DNA from: Verrucomicrobiota bacterium
Lineage (GTDB): Bacteria; Verrucomicrobiota; Verrucomicrobiia; Limisphaerales; UBA9464
DNA length: 49,345 nucleotides
Reading direction: 5' to 3'
Assembly: GCA_025360495.1 (NCBI GenBank)
Contig: JANYCC010000163.1
Coordinates: 1-49,345, forward strand
Shown here: positions 9,491 to 18,719 of the stretch, piece by piece
Position numbering within the stretch: the stretch's first letter is position 1
How the letters are laid out: each line of letters begins with the position of its first letter
Notes under the pieces: generated by a model
What the model was told of the DNA's origin: nothing
Database searches by the model: none
What the model saw: the letters and a program-made list of their open reading frames with translations, nothing else
Made by a program: the position numbers and the translations under genes

Positions 9491-10252
9491 ATGATCCCCA
9501 GCGAGGCAGCCGCACTGCTCGACCGGTTCCAACGCGGCGAGGTGACGCGTGACGAGGCGGTCCGCGCCTTCCAAGCCGCGCCGATGGTGGATCTCGGATT
9601 TGCCGTCGTCGACACGCACCGGGCATTGCGGAAGGGCTTTCCCGAGGTGATTTTCGGGGCCGGCAAAACCCCCGCCCAAGTCAACGCCATCGCCGCGAAA
9701 ATCATCGCCGCCGATGGACGCGTGCTCGTCACCCGGGTCACCGCCGATCACGCCCGGCATTTCCGTCGGAAGTTCCGTCGGGCGGGATATCACGAGGCGG
9801 CCCGGTGCCTGACCTTCGAGACCCAACCGTTGCCGCGCCGACCGGGGTATATCGCCGTGGTGGCCGCGGGGACCTCCGATCTGCCGGTGGCGGAGGAGGC
9901 CGCCGTCACCGCGGAATTCATGGGCAACGAGGTGCGGCGCATTTCCGACGTCGGGGTGGCGGGATTGCACCGCCTCTTGCAACGCCTGCCCGATCTGCAG
10001 GCCGCCAACGTCATCATCGTGGTGGCGGGCATGGAGGCCGCCCTGCCCTCGGTGATCGGCGGCCTGGTCGGCAAACCGCTGATCGGGGTGCCCACCAGCG
10101 TGGGTTATGGATCCCATTTCGGCGGGGTGACCGCCCTGCTCGGGATGCTCAATTCGTGCGCCAGCGGCCTGACGGTGGTGAACATCGACAATGGATTCGG
10201 AGCCGGTTATGCGGCGAGTGGCATCAATGCCCTGGCCGCCGGCAACCCGTGA
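9491..10252 (+). CDS. larB: Nickel-pincer cofactor biosynthesis protein LarB (PurE-like)
   Basis: DTHRALRKGFPEVIFGAGKT, AGTSDLPVAEEA, DVGVAGLHRL, PTSVGYG, NSCASGLTVVNIDNGFGAG. Confidence 0.93.
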   Translation: MIPSEAAALLDRFQRGEVTRDEAVRAFQAAPMVDLGFAVVDTHRALRKGFPEVIFGAGKTPAQVNAIAAKIIAADGRVLVTRVTADHARHFRRKFRRAGYHEAARCLTFETQPLPRRPGYIAVVAAGTSDLPVAEEAAVTAEFMGNEVRRISDVGVAGLHRLLQRLPDLQAANVIIVVAGMEAALPSVIGGLVGKPLIGVPTSVGYGSHFGGVTALLGMLNSCASGLTVVNIDNGFGAGYAASGINALAAGNP

Positions 10253-10272
10253 ATCCCCGTCCTCCCCGACCC

Positions 10273-11685
10273 ATGCGAACCCTTTACCTCGACATTTTTT
10301 CCGGGCTCAGCGGCGACATGTTTCTCGGTGCGCTGATCGATCTGGGCGCCGATTTGCCGAAGCTCGAACGCGAACTCCGCCGACTGCCGCTGGACGGTTA
10401 CCATCTCCACGCCGCCCGCGCCTCCAAAGCCGCGATCGAAGGGGTGAAGTTTGAGGTGCATCTCGCCGATACGGAGTGCGGACACGGGCACGGGCATGGG
10501 CACGATCACGATCACGATCACGATCATGGGCACGGGCACGATCACGCACCCGTAGCCGCCGAGGTGCCGAGGCGGACCACGGAAGGATCCCAACCGGTCC
10601 CGCCTCAGGACTTCGTCGGCCCCGGGAAAGCAGGGGATCCGCCTCAGGACTTCGTCGGCTACGGGAAAAAAGGAGTTCCGCCTCATCATTACGTCGGCCC
10701 CGGCCACCGGGATCATGCCGCCATCCGCCGGTTGATCCTGGAGAGCAGCCTCGGTGATTGGGTGAAGGAAAAATCGCTGGCCGTGTTCGGACGGATCGCG
10801 GTGGCGGAGGGCAAGATCCACGGGGTGCCGCCCGATCGGGTGCATTTCCACGAGGTCGGCGCCGTGGATTCCATCGTCGACATTGTCGGTGCGTGCATCG
10901 CGCTGGATCTGTTGGGAAGGCCGCGGGTGTTGAGCGGAAGGGTGGTCGAGGGGACGGGTTTCGTGAAATGTGCCCACGGACGGATGCCTCTGCCCGCACC
11001 GGCGACCCTGGAGATCCTCGGCGCCCGCGGAGTGGGCGTGACCCAATGCGAGGAACCGCACGAATTGGTCACCCCGACGGGTGCGGCGTTGCTGGCGGAA
11101 TTCGCGGAAACATTCGGCCCGATGCGCTCGGTGGTCGGGGCACGGGTCGGTTATGGACTTGGAACCCGGGACCACCAGACCCGGCCCAACGTGGTGCGCG
11201 CGCTCCTTTGGGAGGAGGAAGCCGCGGCGGAAGCGGGGCACGATTGGGAGACCGACACCGTGGCGGTGCTGGAGACCAATGTGGACGACCTGAACCCGGA
11301 GATCCTCGGGCACGTGTTGGACAAGGCGCTCCGTTGGGGTGCGCTCGACGCCTTTCACACGCCGGTGCAGATGAAAAAACAACGACCCGGCGTGTTGCTC
11401 ACGATCCTCTGCAGCCCGGGTGAAGCGGATCGATTCACCGAATTGCTGCTGACCGAGACCAGCGCGTTCGGGGTGAGACGGACCCTGGCCGAACGGCGCA
11501 AGCTCCGTCGCGAGGTGGTGGAGGTGAAGACCGCGTTCGGGAGTGTTAAAGTGAAATTGGGGCGGCTCGACGGCCGGGTGGTGCAGGCGGCGCCGGAGTT
11601 TGAGTCGTGCCGGTCGGTGGCGGTGCAGGCGGGGGTGACCTTGAAGGAGGTCTATGCGGCGGCGGCCCGGGCGGTGGAAGAATGA
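10273..11685 (+). CDS. larC: Nickel-pincer cofactor nickel insertase LarC
   Basis: LYLDIFSGLSGDMFLGAL, His-rich tract, VHFHEVGAVDSIVDI, ELVTPTGAA, LETNVDD, MKKQRPG, PEFESC. Confidence 0.94.
   Translation: MRTLYLDIFSGLSGDMFLGALIDLGADLPKLERELRRLPLDGYHLHAARASKAAIEGVKFEVHLADTECGHGHGHGHDHDHDHDHGHGHDHAPVAAEVPRRTTEGSQPVPPQDFVGPGKAGDPPQDFVGYGKKGVPPHHYVGPGHRDHAAIRRLILESSLGDWVKEKSLAVFGRIAVAEGKIHGVPPDRVHFHEVGAVDSIVDIVGACIALDLLGRPRVLSGRVVEGTGFVKCAHGRMPLPAPATLEILGARGVGVTQCEEPHELVTPTGAALLAEFAETFGPMRSVVGARVGYGLGTRDHQTRPNVVRALLWEEEAAAEAGHDWETDTVAVLETNVDDLNPEILGHVLDKALRWGALDAFHTPVQMKKQRPGVLLTILCSPGEADRFTELLLTETSAFGVRRTLAERRKLRREVVEVKTAFGSVKVKLGRLDGRVVQAAPEFESCRSVAVQAGVTLKEVYAAAARAVEE
10549..10704. repeat. 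GTAG-type REP-like cluster inserted in frame within larC
   Basis: One forward copy cccgtagccgccgaggtgccgaggcgga at 10549, then three reverse copies at 10594, 10633 and 10672 (e.g. gggatccgcctcaggacttcgtcggctacggg). Matches the intergenic copies at 36841-37040. Confidence 0.88.
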
Positions 11686-11710
11686 ATGTCAAATGTCCTG
11701 GCCGGGGCGC

Positions 11711-11738
11711 TTGACCTTCCCGATTCGGTTGATAGTGT
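11711..11738 (+). promoter_or_regulatory. Putative sigma70 promoter of the rpmH operon
   Basis: TTGACC-N16-TAGTGT with extended -10 TG, about 35 nt upstream of the rpmH ATG. Confidence 0.55.
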
Positions 11739-11771
11739 TCGCGGCTCCGCATCCCGCGGATCCCGTAGCAA

Positions 11772-11909
11772 ATGAAGCGTCAATATCAGCCTTCGAAAAT
11801 CTGCCGCGTTCGGCAGCATGGTTTCCGCGCCCGCATGTCCACCAAGGGCGGCCGCGCGAATCTCAACAACCGGCGCCGTAACGGCCGCAAGCGCCTCACC
11901 CCGGTGTAA
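11772..11909 (+). CDS. rpmH: 50S ribosomal protein L34
   Basis: Below the ORF-track cutoff. [45 protein letters not shown]; canonical position before rnpA. Confidence 0.97.
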   Translation: MKRQYQPSKICRVRQHGFRARMSTKGGRANLNNRRRNGRKRLTPV

Positions 11910-11934
11910 GCCGGCCGGGCTGACGCCCGCGCCC

Positions 11935-12297
11935 ATGGCCTTCACCCTGCCCAAGTCGCACCGGATCCGCCGCCGCTCCCAGTTTCTGGCGGTCCGGGAC
12001 CAGGGCGCCCGTCTGCCCAGTGGCTGTGTCGTCATCAATTGGCGACCCCTGCCACCCGGGCAGCCGTGGATGGTCGGGATCATCACGACCAAATCCGTGG
12101 GCTCCGCCGTCGTCCGTAACCGCGCCCGCCGTTGGATCCGCGAAGCTTTCCGCCGTCAACAACACCAGTTTCTCACCCCGGCCCATGTCGTTTTGATCGC
12201 CCGCCCCAGCATCGCCCGTTCCTCCTATCTGTGGGTGGAAAAGGATCTCCGCCGCGCCCTGGGCCGGGCCGGACTCATCCCCACGACACCCGCGTGA
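11935..12297 (+). CDS. rnpA: Ribonuclease P protein component
   Basis: [26 protein letters not shown] (RNR motif); synteny. Confidence 0.95.
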   Translation: MAFTLPKSHRIRRRSQFLAVRDQGARLPSGCVVINWRPLPPGQPWMVGIITTKSVGSAVVRNRARRWIREAFRRQQHQFLTPAHVVLIARPSIARSSYLWVEKDLRRALGRAGLIPTTPA

Positions 12298-12551
12298 AGC
12301 CCTCTGACCTGCTCCGCCTGAGCCTCCTCGCCGGATTGCACCTCTATCGTCTGGTGCTTTCCCCGGCACGGCAGGTGTTCTTTGGCGGGCCCATCTGTCG
12401 CTTCAGCCCGTCCTGTTCCTCGTACGCCATCGAAGCCATCCGACGGCACGGGCCGTTCTCCGGATCCCGCCTCGCCGCCCGACGCCTCTGTCGCTGCCAC
12501 CCTTGGGGCGGCTGCGGTTCCGACCCCGTGCCCACTCATCTGTTCTCCTGA
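12294..12551 (+). CDS. yidD: Membrane protein insertion efficiency factor
   Basis: [15 protein letters not shown]...[18 protein letters not shown]; GTG start overlaps the rnpA stop. Confidence 0.93.
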   Translation: MKPSDLLRLSLLAGLHLYRLVLSPARQVFFGGPICRFSPSCSSYAIEAIRRHGPFSGSRLAARRLCRCHPWGGCGSDPVPTHLFS

Positions 12552-12562
12552 CCCCCGCTTTC

Positions 12563-14362
12563 ATGGACCGCAAGGGAATCGCCATTCTGGTTGCCGCCTT
12601 CGCCATTTTCCTCGCCCTGCCGTGGGTCTCGAAAAAGCTGTACCCACCCCTCCCGGTCCGGACGAATTCCGTTCCGACCCTGATCACCAACGGTGCCGTC
12701 GTGACCACGCCGACGACCCCGCAGTTGAATGGGATCAATCCGCTGCCGGGGGTCGCCGTCCCCAGTGTGCGGCCAGCCGGACCGGAGGAGATCTTCGTCC
12801 TGACCAACGCCCGCGCCCGCTTCGTCTTCACCTCCCACGGTGGCGGCGTCAAACGGGTGGAATTGCTCGCGTACAAGGCCTTTGCCGGACGCAAGCCTGC
12901 TTCCGGAGCCTCCAATTCACCGATCGTCCTCAACCACGACACCGCCCCGCCCCTCCTTTCCTTGCGCGACAATGCGCCCCTGGATGGTGACGGTGAATTC
13001 CAATTTCAACCCGAGGGCAACGGACTGCGGGCCATCAAGGATCTCCCGGGCGGACTCCGCATCACCCGGGAATTCCATCCCGGGACCAACGATTATCTCC
13101 TGAGTGCCGTGGTCCGGATCGAGAACCGGACCACCAACACGCTCCTGTTGCCCGCCCGCGAATGGGCCATTGGCACGGCGACGCCCATGAACAGCCACGA
13201 CAAGGGCGATGCCATCGGGGTCGATTGGTATAATGGTTCGTCCTCCTCCCAGGGTCTGGGATGGGTGTCCTCGCCGGGATTCCTCTGCATCCCGAGCAGC
13301 GCCCGCCAGGAATTCACCGCGGGCGAGTCCAATGTCGTCTGGGCCGGTGTCCACAGCCAGTTCTTCGCGCTGATCACCGTTCCGGACCGCCCCGCGGAAC
13401 GGACCGTCGGCCATCGCGTTTTGCTCCCCCCGCCGACCGCTGCCATGGTGAAGGGCGATCCGCTGGCGGTGGCGCAACCGATCGGGGTCCAGACCACGAT
13501 GCAGTATCCGGCGACGACCCTGAATGCCGGCCAGACGCTGGAACAACGGTTTTCGATTTACGCCGGGCCCAAGGAGTATTTCGGTCTTTCCCGCCTCCAA
13601 CCGGAACTCGACCGGGTCATGGGCTATGGATGGTTCGGCTTTTTCGCCAAGCCCCTGTTGTTGGGGATGAACCTGCTCCACAGCAGCATCTCCCTGCCCT
13701 ATGGCTGGTGCATCGTGGTGATCACGTTCCTGATCAAGTCGATCTTCTGGCCGCTGACCGCCGTGAGCACGCGCTCGATGAAGCGCATGGCGGAACTGGG
13801 ACCGCAATTGCAGGCGATCCGCGACAAATATAAGGAGGACCCGGCCAAGCTGAACGAGAAGACCCTCCAGTTCATGCGGGAGAGTGGGTACAACCCGGTC
13901 GCCGGTTGCCTGCCCATGATCGTCCAGATCCCGGTGTTCATCGGCTTCTTCACGATGATCCGGTCCGCCATCGAGTTGCGCGGGGCGAGTTTCATCTGGT
14001 GCGCCGACCTGTCGATGGCCGACACGATCTACATCGTCCCGGGACTGGGCTTCATCCCCTTGATCGGCGTGCCGGACGTGGGTCTCCCGATCAACCTGAT
14101 GCCGCTCTTCTATGTGGCGACGGCCCTCTGGCAGACGCATCTGACGCCGCCATCGCCCCAGATGGACCCGATGCAGCAAAAGATGATGCGCTGGCTGCCG
14201 CTGATGTTCCTGGCGCTGTTCTACAACTATCCGGCGGGGCTCACGCTTTACTGGACTGTCCAGAACCTGCTAAGCATCCTCCAGACAAAGCTGACCAAGA
14301 CGAAGGCCCGTGCCGTGGTCCCGGCAACTCCGGTGCGCCCCGTGCGTGCCAACCGTCGTTGA
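12563..14362 (+). CDS. yidC: Membrane protein insertase YidC
   Basis: N-terminal TM, periplasmic domain, YAGPKE, NPVAGCLPMIVQIPVF, PAGLTLYWTVQN. Confidence 0.96.
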   Translation: MDRKGIAILVAAFAIFLALPWVSKKLYPPLPVRTNSVPTLITNGAVVTTPTTPQLNGINPLPGVAVPSVRPAGPEEIFVLTNARARFVFTSHGGGVKRVELLAYKAFAGRKPASGASNSPIVLNHDTAPPLLSLRDNAPLDGDGEFQFQPEGNGLRAIKDLPGGLRITREFHPGTNDYLLSAVVRIENRTTNTLLLPAREWAIGTATPMNSHDKGDAIGVDWYNGSSSSQGLGWVSSPGFLCIPSSARQEFTAGESNVVWAGVHSQFFALITVPDRPAERTVGHRVLLPPPTAAMVKGDPLAVAQPIGVQTTMQYPATTLNAGQTLEQRFSIYAGPKEYFGLSRLQPELDRVMGYGWFGFFAKPLLLGMNLLHSSISLPYGWCIVVITFLIKSIFWPLTAVSTRSMKRMAELGPQLQAIRDKYKEDPAKLNEKTLQFMRESGYNPVAGCLPMIVQIPVFIGFFTMIRSAIELRGASFIWCADLSMADTIYIVPGLGFIPLIGVPDVGLPINLMPLFYVATALWQTHLTPPSPQMDPMQQKMMRWLPLMFLALFYNYPAGLTLYWTVQNLLSILQTKLTKTKARAVVPATPVRPVRANRR

Positions 14363-14382
14363 AGCCCAGTCTCCCATTTGCC

Positions 14383-14841
14383 ATGAACGCCCCGGCGCCC
14401 AAGGAAACGCTGACCCAGATGCTCCATCATCTGGGTTTCACCGACGCCTCCGTGCAGGAACTCGAGATCGACGGCCAGTTGATGCTGGACGTCCATACCG
14501 CGGACCCCGGACGCCTGATCGGTCGCCAGGGCGCCACGCTCGGCGATCTCCAATACCTGCTCAACCGCATGATCCACCGGGGCGATGACACCGCCCCGCG
14601 CATCGTCCTCGATGTCGGAGGTTACCGCCGCCAGGCCCGCGAGATGCTCATCCAGCGCGCCGTCGAGGGTGCTGAACGCGTCCGCCGTTCCGGGGACATG
14701 ATCGAACTGGAACCGATGAACGCCTATGACCGGCGCATCGTGCACCAGGCCCTCAAGGAAGACCCGGACATCGAGACCCATAGTGTCGAGGTCGAAGGGT
14801 CCGACAAGAAGGCCATCCTGCTGCGCCCGCGCCGGGTCTGA
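14383..14841 (+). CDS. jag: Jag/KhpB-family KH-R3H RNA-binding protein (no Jag_N domain)
   Basis: LIGRQGATLGDLQYL (KH) and LEPMNAYDRRIVH (R3H); follows yidC. Confidence 0.88.
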   Translation: MNAPAPKETLTQMLHHLGFTDASVQELEIDGQLMLDVHTADPGRLIGRQGATLGDLQYLLNRMIHRGDDTAPRIVLDVGGYRRQAREMLIQRAVEGAERVRRSGDMIELEPMNAYDRRIVHQALKEDPDIETHSVEVEGSDKKAILLRPRRV

Positions 14842-14920
14842 GTCGGCGGGGGCTGAAACCTATTCCCGGGAGTGCCTGCGACTTTGAGGCGCTTTCCGGG
14901 CAGGATCGGAGCTGTTTTCA

Positions 14921-17326
14921 ATGGGCCGCTTACCCCGACCGCTTCGTTGGATAATCGGGATCGTCGTCGGCACGGTGATCCTCTTGGGACTTGCCGCCCT
15001 CACGTTCCTGCTCACGTTACGCGCCAGCCTCGCCCGCTTGGACGGACCCCTCCCCATCCCGGGTCTCACGGCACCGGTCACCGTCGAACGGGATGACCAG
15101 GGTCTCGTCACCCTTTCCGCCGGTGACCGCGCCGATGCCGCCCGGGCCTTGGGATTCCTCCATGCCCAGGAACGGTTTTTCCAAATGGACCTGCTCCGCC
15201 GTTCCGCGTCCGGAACGCTCGCGGAATTGTTCGGACCCGCCGCCCGGCCGCGGGATCGCAAGGTGCGTCCGTTCCGGGGCCGGTTCCATGCCGCGGCCGC
15301 GCTCGGTCTCCTGCCGCCCGAGGAACACGCGATCCTGGATGCCTACACCGCCGGGGTGAACGCCGGGCTCGATGCACTGGTCGTCCGCCCACCGGAATAC
15401 CTGTTCCTCCGCCAGACACCCGCCCCATGGCAGTCCACCGACACCCTGCTGCTAAGCCTCACCTTCGGCTTCGCCCTGCAGGATGCGGCGGGCGACTTGG
15501 ATCGCCAGCGCGACCTGCTCCTCCGTGCCGTCGGCCCGGCCGCCTATCGATTCTATAATCCCCTAGGTTCGGATTGGGACGCCGCGCTCGACGGTCACGT
15601 CTTCGCCCCGCTACCGATCCCGCGTCCGGACGAATTCAGCGCTCCGGAAGCTCCCAAGGATTCTCCGGGAACCGCCGCCATGGGAATGTCCGACGACGCG
15701 ATGCGCCCCGGGAGCAACGCCTGGGCCCTCGCCGGTCGCCGCACCCGATCCGGATCCGCCCTCATCGCCGACGATATGCATCTGGACTTGGGACTTCCGA
15801 ATGTCTGGTTCCGGGCCGTGTTGAAATGGCGGGACGCCGATGGTCGGCAACACCGGCTCGCCGGGATCACCGTGCCCGGCGCCCCCACCCTGATCGTCGG
15901 CTCCAATGGCGACATCGCGTGGGGGTTCACCAACAGCCAGATCGACACCACCGACGTCATTGATCTCGAACTGGCGCCGGAACATCCCGGGCAATATCGG
16001 ACGCCCGACGGTTGGCGGGATTTTGAGGTTCTCGAGGAAACCCTCCGAGCCGCCGGAGCCCCGGCCGAAACGATGCGCGTGACGAACACGATCTGGGGCC
16101 CGGTCATTCCGGTCGCCGGCGAATCCCGGATGCGCGCCGTGTGCTGGGTGATGGCCCGGCCGGCATCCCTCGCCAGCCGTTTCGTCGATCTTGAGAAGGC
16201 CACGAACGTGACGGCGGCCCTCGACGCGGCGGCGCGGTCCGCCCGTCCGGTCCAAAACTTTGTCGTCGGCGATCGGGCTGGGAACATCGGATGGACGCTG
16301 ATCGGCGCAATTCCCGACCGGTTTGGAACCGATGGAACGAGGCCGGTTTCCTGGGCTGATGGCACGGCGGGTTGGCACGGACTGCTGCCACCCGAACGTC
16401 ATCCGCGGGTCGTGAATCCGGAGTCGGGCCAGATCTGGACGGCCAACCAACGCATCTTGGGTGACGCCGGTTATCTCGCCTTGGGGGACGGCGGCTGGGA
16501 CCTCGGAAGCCGTGCCGCCCAAATTCGCGATGACCTTTCCCCGCTGAAAGCAGCCACACCCGCGGAGATGCTGGCCATTCAACTCGATGACCAGGCCCGA
16601 CTGTTTCAGAACTGGCGGGAAAGGTTGATGCCGGCGCTCGACCGTCTCCGATCCCACGCGGCGGGCACCACCAATGAGGTGGTGTGGGCCTCGGCGCGGC
16701 AAAGGATCTCCGAATGGGACGGCAAGGCCGCGGCGACCAGCACGGCGTTTCCGTTCGTGGCCCGGTTTCGTCGCGAGGCCGTGCGTTTGCTTTTCGAGCC
16801 CGTGCAACAAGCCGTCCGAAAACTCGAACCGAAGGGTGGCTTTTTTCCCAACCAAGCGGAGGCCGTGGTGCAGCGGTTGTTGGCGGATCGTCCCGTGCAT
16901 TTGTTGAACCGGCGATACAGTTCCTATGAGGGACTGCTCGACGAGGCTGCCCGCCGGGCCAACACCGCCGGCGAATTCGTCGGAACACCCACTTGGGGCG
17001 GGTTGAACCGGCTTCAATTGCACCACCCCTTCAGTGAAGTTCTCCCCGCCTTGTCCCGTTGGTTGGATCTCCCGTCGTCCCCGCAGTCGGGTTATGCCAT
17101 GGGGATGCCACGGATTGCCGCACCCCGTTTCGGAGCCAGCGAACGGCTCGGGGTTTCACCGGGTCACGAAGAGGAGGCCTATCTCCACATGCCGGGCGGA
17201 CAGAGCGGCCATTTTCTCTCCCCATACTATGCGGCCGGGCATTCCGACTGGCGGGACGGTGTGCCCACGCCCTTGCTCGGCGGCCCCGTCCGGCATCTTT
17301 TGATCCTTAGTCCAGCGCGGCCCTGA
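14921..17326 (+). CDS. Penicillin acylase family Ntn-hydrolase
   Basis: N-terminal anchor, LGFLHAQERFFQMDLLRR, GSNAW (catalytic Ser), PGGQSGHFLSPYY. Confidence 0.93.
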   Translation: MGRLPRPLRWIIGIVVGTVILLGLAALTFLLTLRASLARLDGPLPIPGLTAPVTVERDDQGLVTLSAGDRADAARALGFLHAQERFFQMDLLRRSASGTLAELFGPAARPRDRKVRPFRGRFHAAAALGLLPPEEHAILDAYTAGVNAGLDALVVRPPEYLFLRQTPAPWQSTDTLLLSLTFGFALQDAAGDLDRQRDLLLRAVGPAAYRFYNPLGSDWDAALDGHVFAPLPIPRPDEFSAPEAPKDSPGTAAMGMSDDAMRPGSNAWALAGRRTRSGSALIADDMHLDLGLPNVWFRAVLKWRDADGRQHRLAGITVPGAPTLIVGSNGDIAWGFTNSQIDTTDVIDLELAPEHPGQYRTPDGWRDFEVLEETLRAAGAPAETMRVTNTIWGPVIPVAGESRMRAVCWVMARPASLASRFVDLEKATNVTAALDAAARSARPVQNFVVGDRAGNIGWTLIGAIPDRFGTDGTRPVSWADGTAGWHGLLPPERHPRVVNPESGQIWTANQRILGDAGYLALGDGGWDLGSRAAQIRDDLSPLKAATPAEMLAIQLDDQARLFQNWRERLMPALDRLRSHAAGTTNEVVWASARQRISEWDGKAAATSTAFPFVARFRREAVRLLFEPVQQAVRKLEPKGGFFPNQAEAVVQRLLADRPVHLLNRRYSSYEGLLDEAARRANTAGEFVGTPTWGGLNRLQLHHPFSEVLPALSRWLDLPSSPQSGYAMGMPRIAAPRFGASERLGVSPGHEEEAYLHMPGGQSGHFLSPYYAAGHSDWRDGVPTPLLGGPVRHLLILSPARP

Positions 17327-17340
17327 GGTGAATCGGGTGC

Positions 17341-17630
17341 CGGCCACGGCGCATTCCCATGCGCCACTACGGGCCACTCGCCCCGCGAGGAACGAGTGGG
17401 GGAGGGGTCGGCCGGTGGCGAGGTCCTCGTACTCGTGCTTCTCGTCCTCGGCCCTCGTCCCCTCGATCGGCCCTGTGCTTCGAGGATGAGACGCGAGGAT
17501 GAGACGCGAGGACGAGACGCGAGGACGATTAGACGGCTTGCGGGGCCTCCTCTTCCCGGCCCTCCTCTTTCGTGCCCCAGGAAGACTCGGAGACGGGACC
17601 AGCCACGGCGCATTCCCATGCGCCGCCACT
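17341..17630. repeat. Composite intergenic repeat cassette (hairpin E, arm F, 13-mer array, arm G, hairpin E)
   Basis: GGCGCAT-TCCC-ATGCGCC at 17348 and 17607; ctcgccccgcgaggaacgag at 17377; (cgaggaYgagacg)x3+ at 17481-17528; gggcctcctct...caggaaga at 17543. Modules are shared with 43520-43661. Confidence 0.85.
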
Positions 17631-17684
17631 GCAGAGGATCAATTCCGGCTTCGCAGCGGGGCGGCCGATCCTGATACTCCGCCC

Positions 17685-18719
17685 ATGATCAACGTGGGTC
17701 TCATCGGCACCGGCTTCATGGCCCTGGCCCATCTCAAGGCCTATCAAAAGGTCCCGGGCGCCCGGATTGTCGCGCTGTGCAACCCCAGCGGACGGCATCT
17801 GGACGGCGATTTTTCCCAAGTCGCGGGCAACGTGGGCGACCAGAACCCGCTCCGCCTCGACATGACCGTGGTGAGACCCTACCACCATGTCGCCGACCTG
17901 CTGGCGGACCCCGAGGTCCAGGCCGTGGATATCTGCACCCCAACCCGAAGCCATGTGGATCTGGCCCTCGCCGCCCTCGCCGCGGGTCGTCATGTTCTGG
18001 TTGAAAAACCCCTCGCGCGCCACACCGCTGGCGCCCGCCGGATTGTCGAGGCCGCCGCCATCGCCGCCGGTCGCGGCATTTTCCTGATGCCGGCCATGTG
18101 CATCCGCTTCTGGCCGGAATACGCCTGGGTCCGTCAGGCGATCCGGGCCGGGACCTACGGACGGGTCTTGGACGCCCGTTTCCGTCGGGTCGCCCAACCC
18201 CCCGCCTGGGGCCGGCAACATTTCCTCCAAGGCAATGACTCCGGCGGGGCCCTGCTCGACCTGCACATCCATGACACCGACTTCATCCAGCATTGCTTTG
18301 GTCGCCCGCAAGCGGTGACCTCGTCGGGCTACAGCCGGGTCAGCGGGGCGATTGACCACGTCTGCACGCTCTACCGGTATCCCGGCGGACCGGTGGTGAC
18401 TGCCGAGGGATCATGGAGCATGGCCGTCGGATTCGGATTCAACATGGCGTTCACCGTCAACTTTGAACAGGCCACCGTGGACTATGACCTGGCCCGCGGT
18501 GCCGATGCCTTGCGCCTCTTCGTCCCGGGCGCGCCCGCCACGACCCTCCGACCCGACGGGGGCGATGGCTATGTGGGTGAAATCAGGCATTTCGTCGAAT
18601 CCATCCGGACCGGACGCGCCCCGGAAACCGTCACTCCTCACGACGCCCTGAGTGCGGTGGAGATCTGTGAGGCGGAAGAGGCCTCCATTCTTCGCGGCGA
18701 AACCATGATGCTCCCATGA
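17685..18719 (+). CDS. Gfo/Idh/MocA family oxidoreductase
   Basis: VGLIGTGFMA (Rossmann), HVLVEKP, GGALLDLHIHDTD. Confidence 0.92.
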   Translation: MINVGLIGTGFMALAHLKAYQKVPGARIVALCNPSGRHLDGDFSQVAGNVGDQNPLRLDMTVVRPYHHVADLLADPEVQAVDICTPTRSHVDLALAALAAGRHVLVEKPLARHTAGARRIVEAAAIAAGRGIFLMPAMCIRFWPEYAWVRQAIRAGTYGRVLDARFRRVAQPPAWGRQHFLQGNDSGGALLDLHIHDTDFIQHCFGRPQAVTSSGYSRVSGAIDHVCTLYRYPGGPVVTAEGSWSMAVGFGFNMAFTVNFEQATVDYDLARGADALRLFVPGAPATTLRPDGGDGYVGEIRHFVESIRTGRAPETVTPHDALSAVEICEAEEASILRGETMMLP

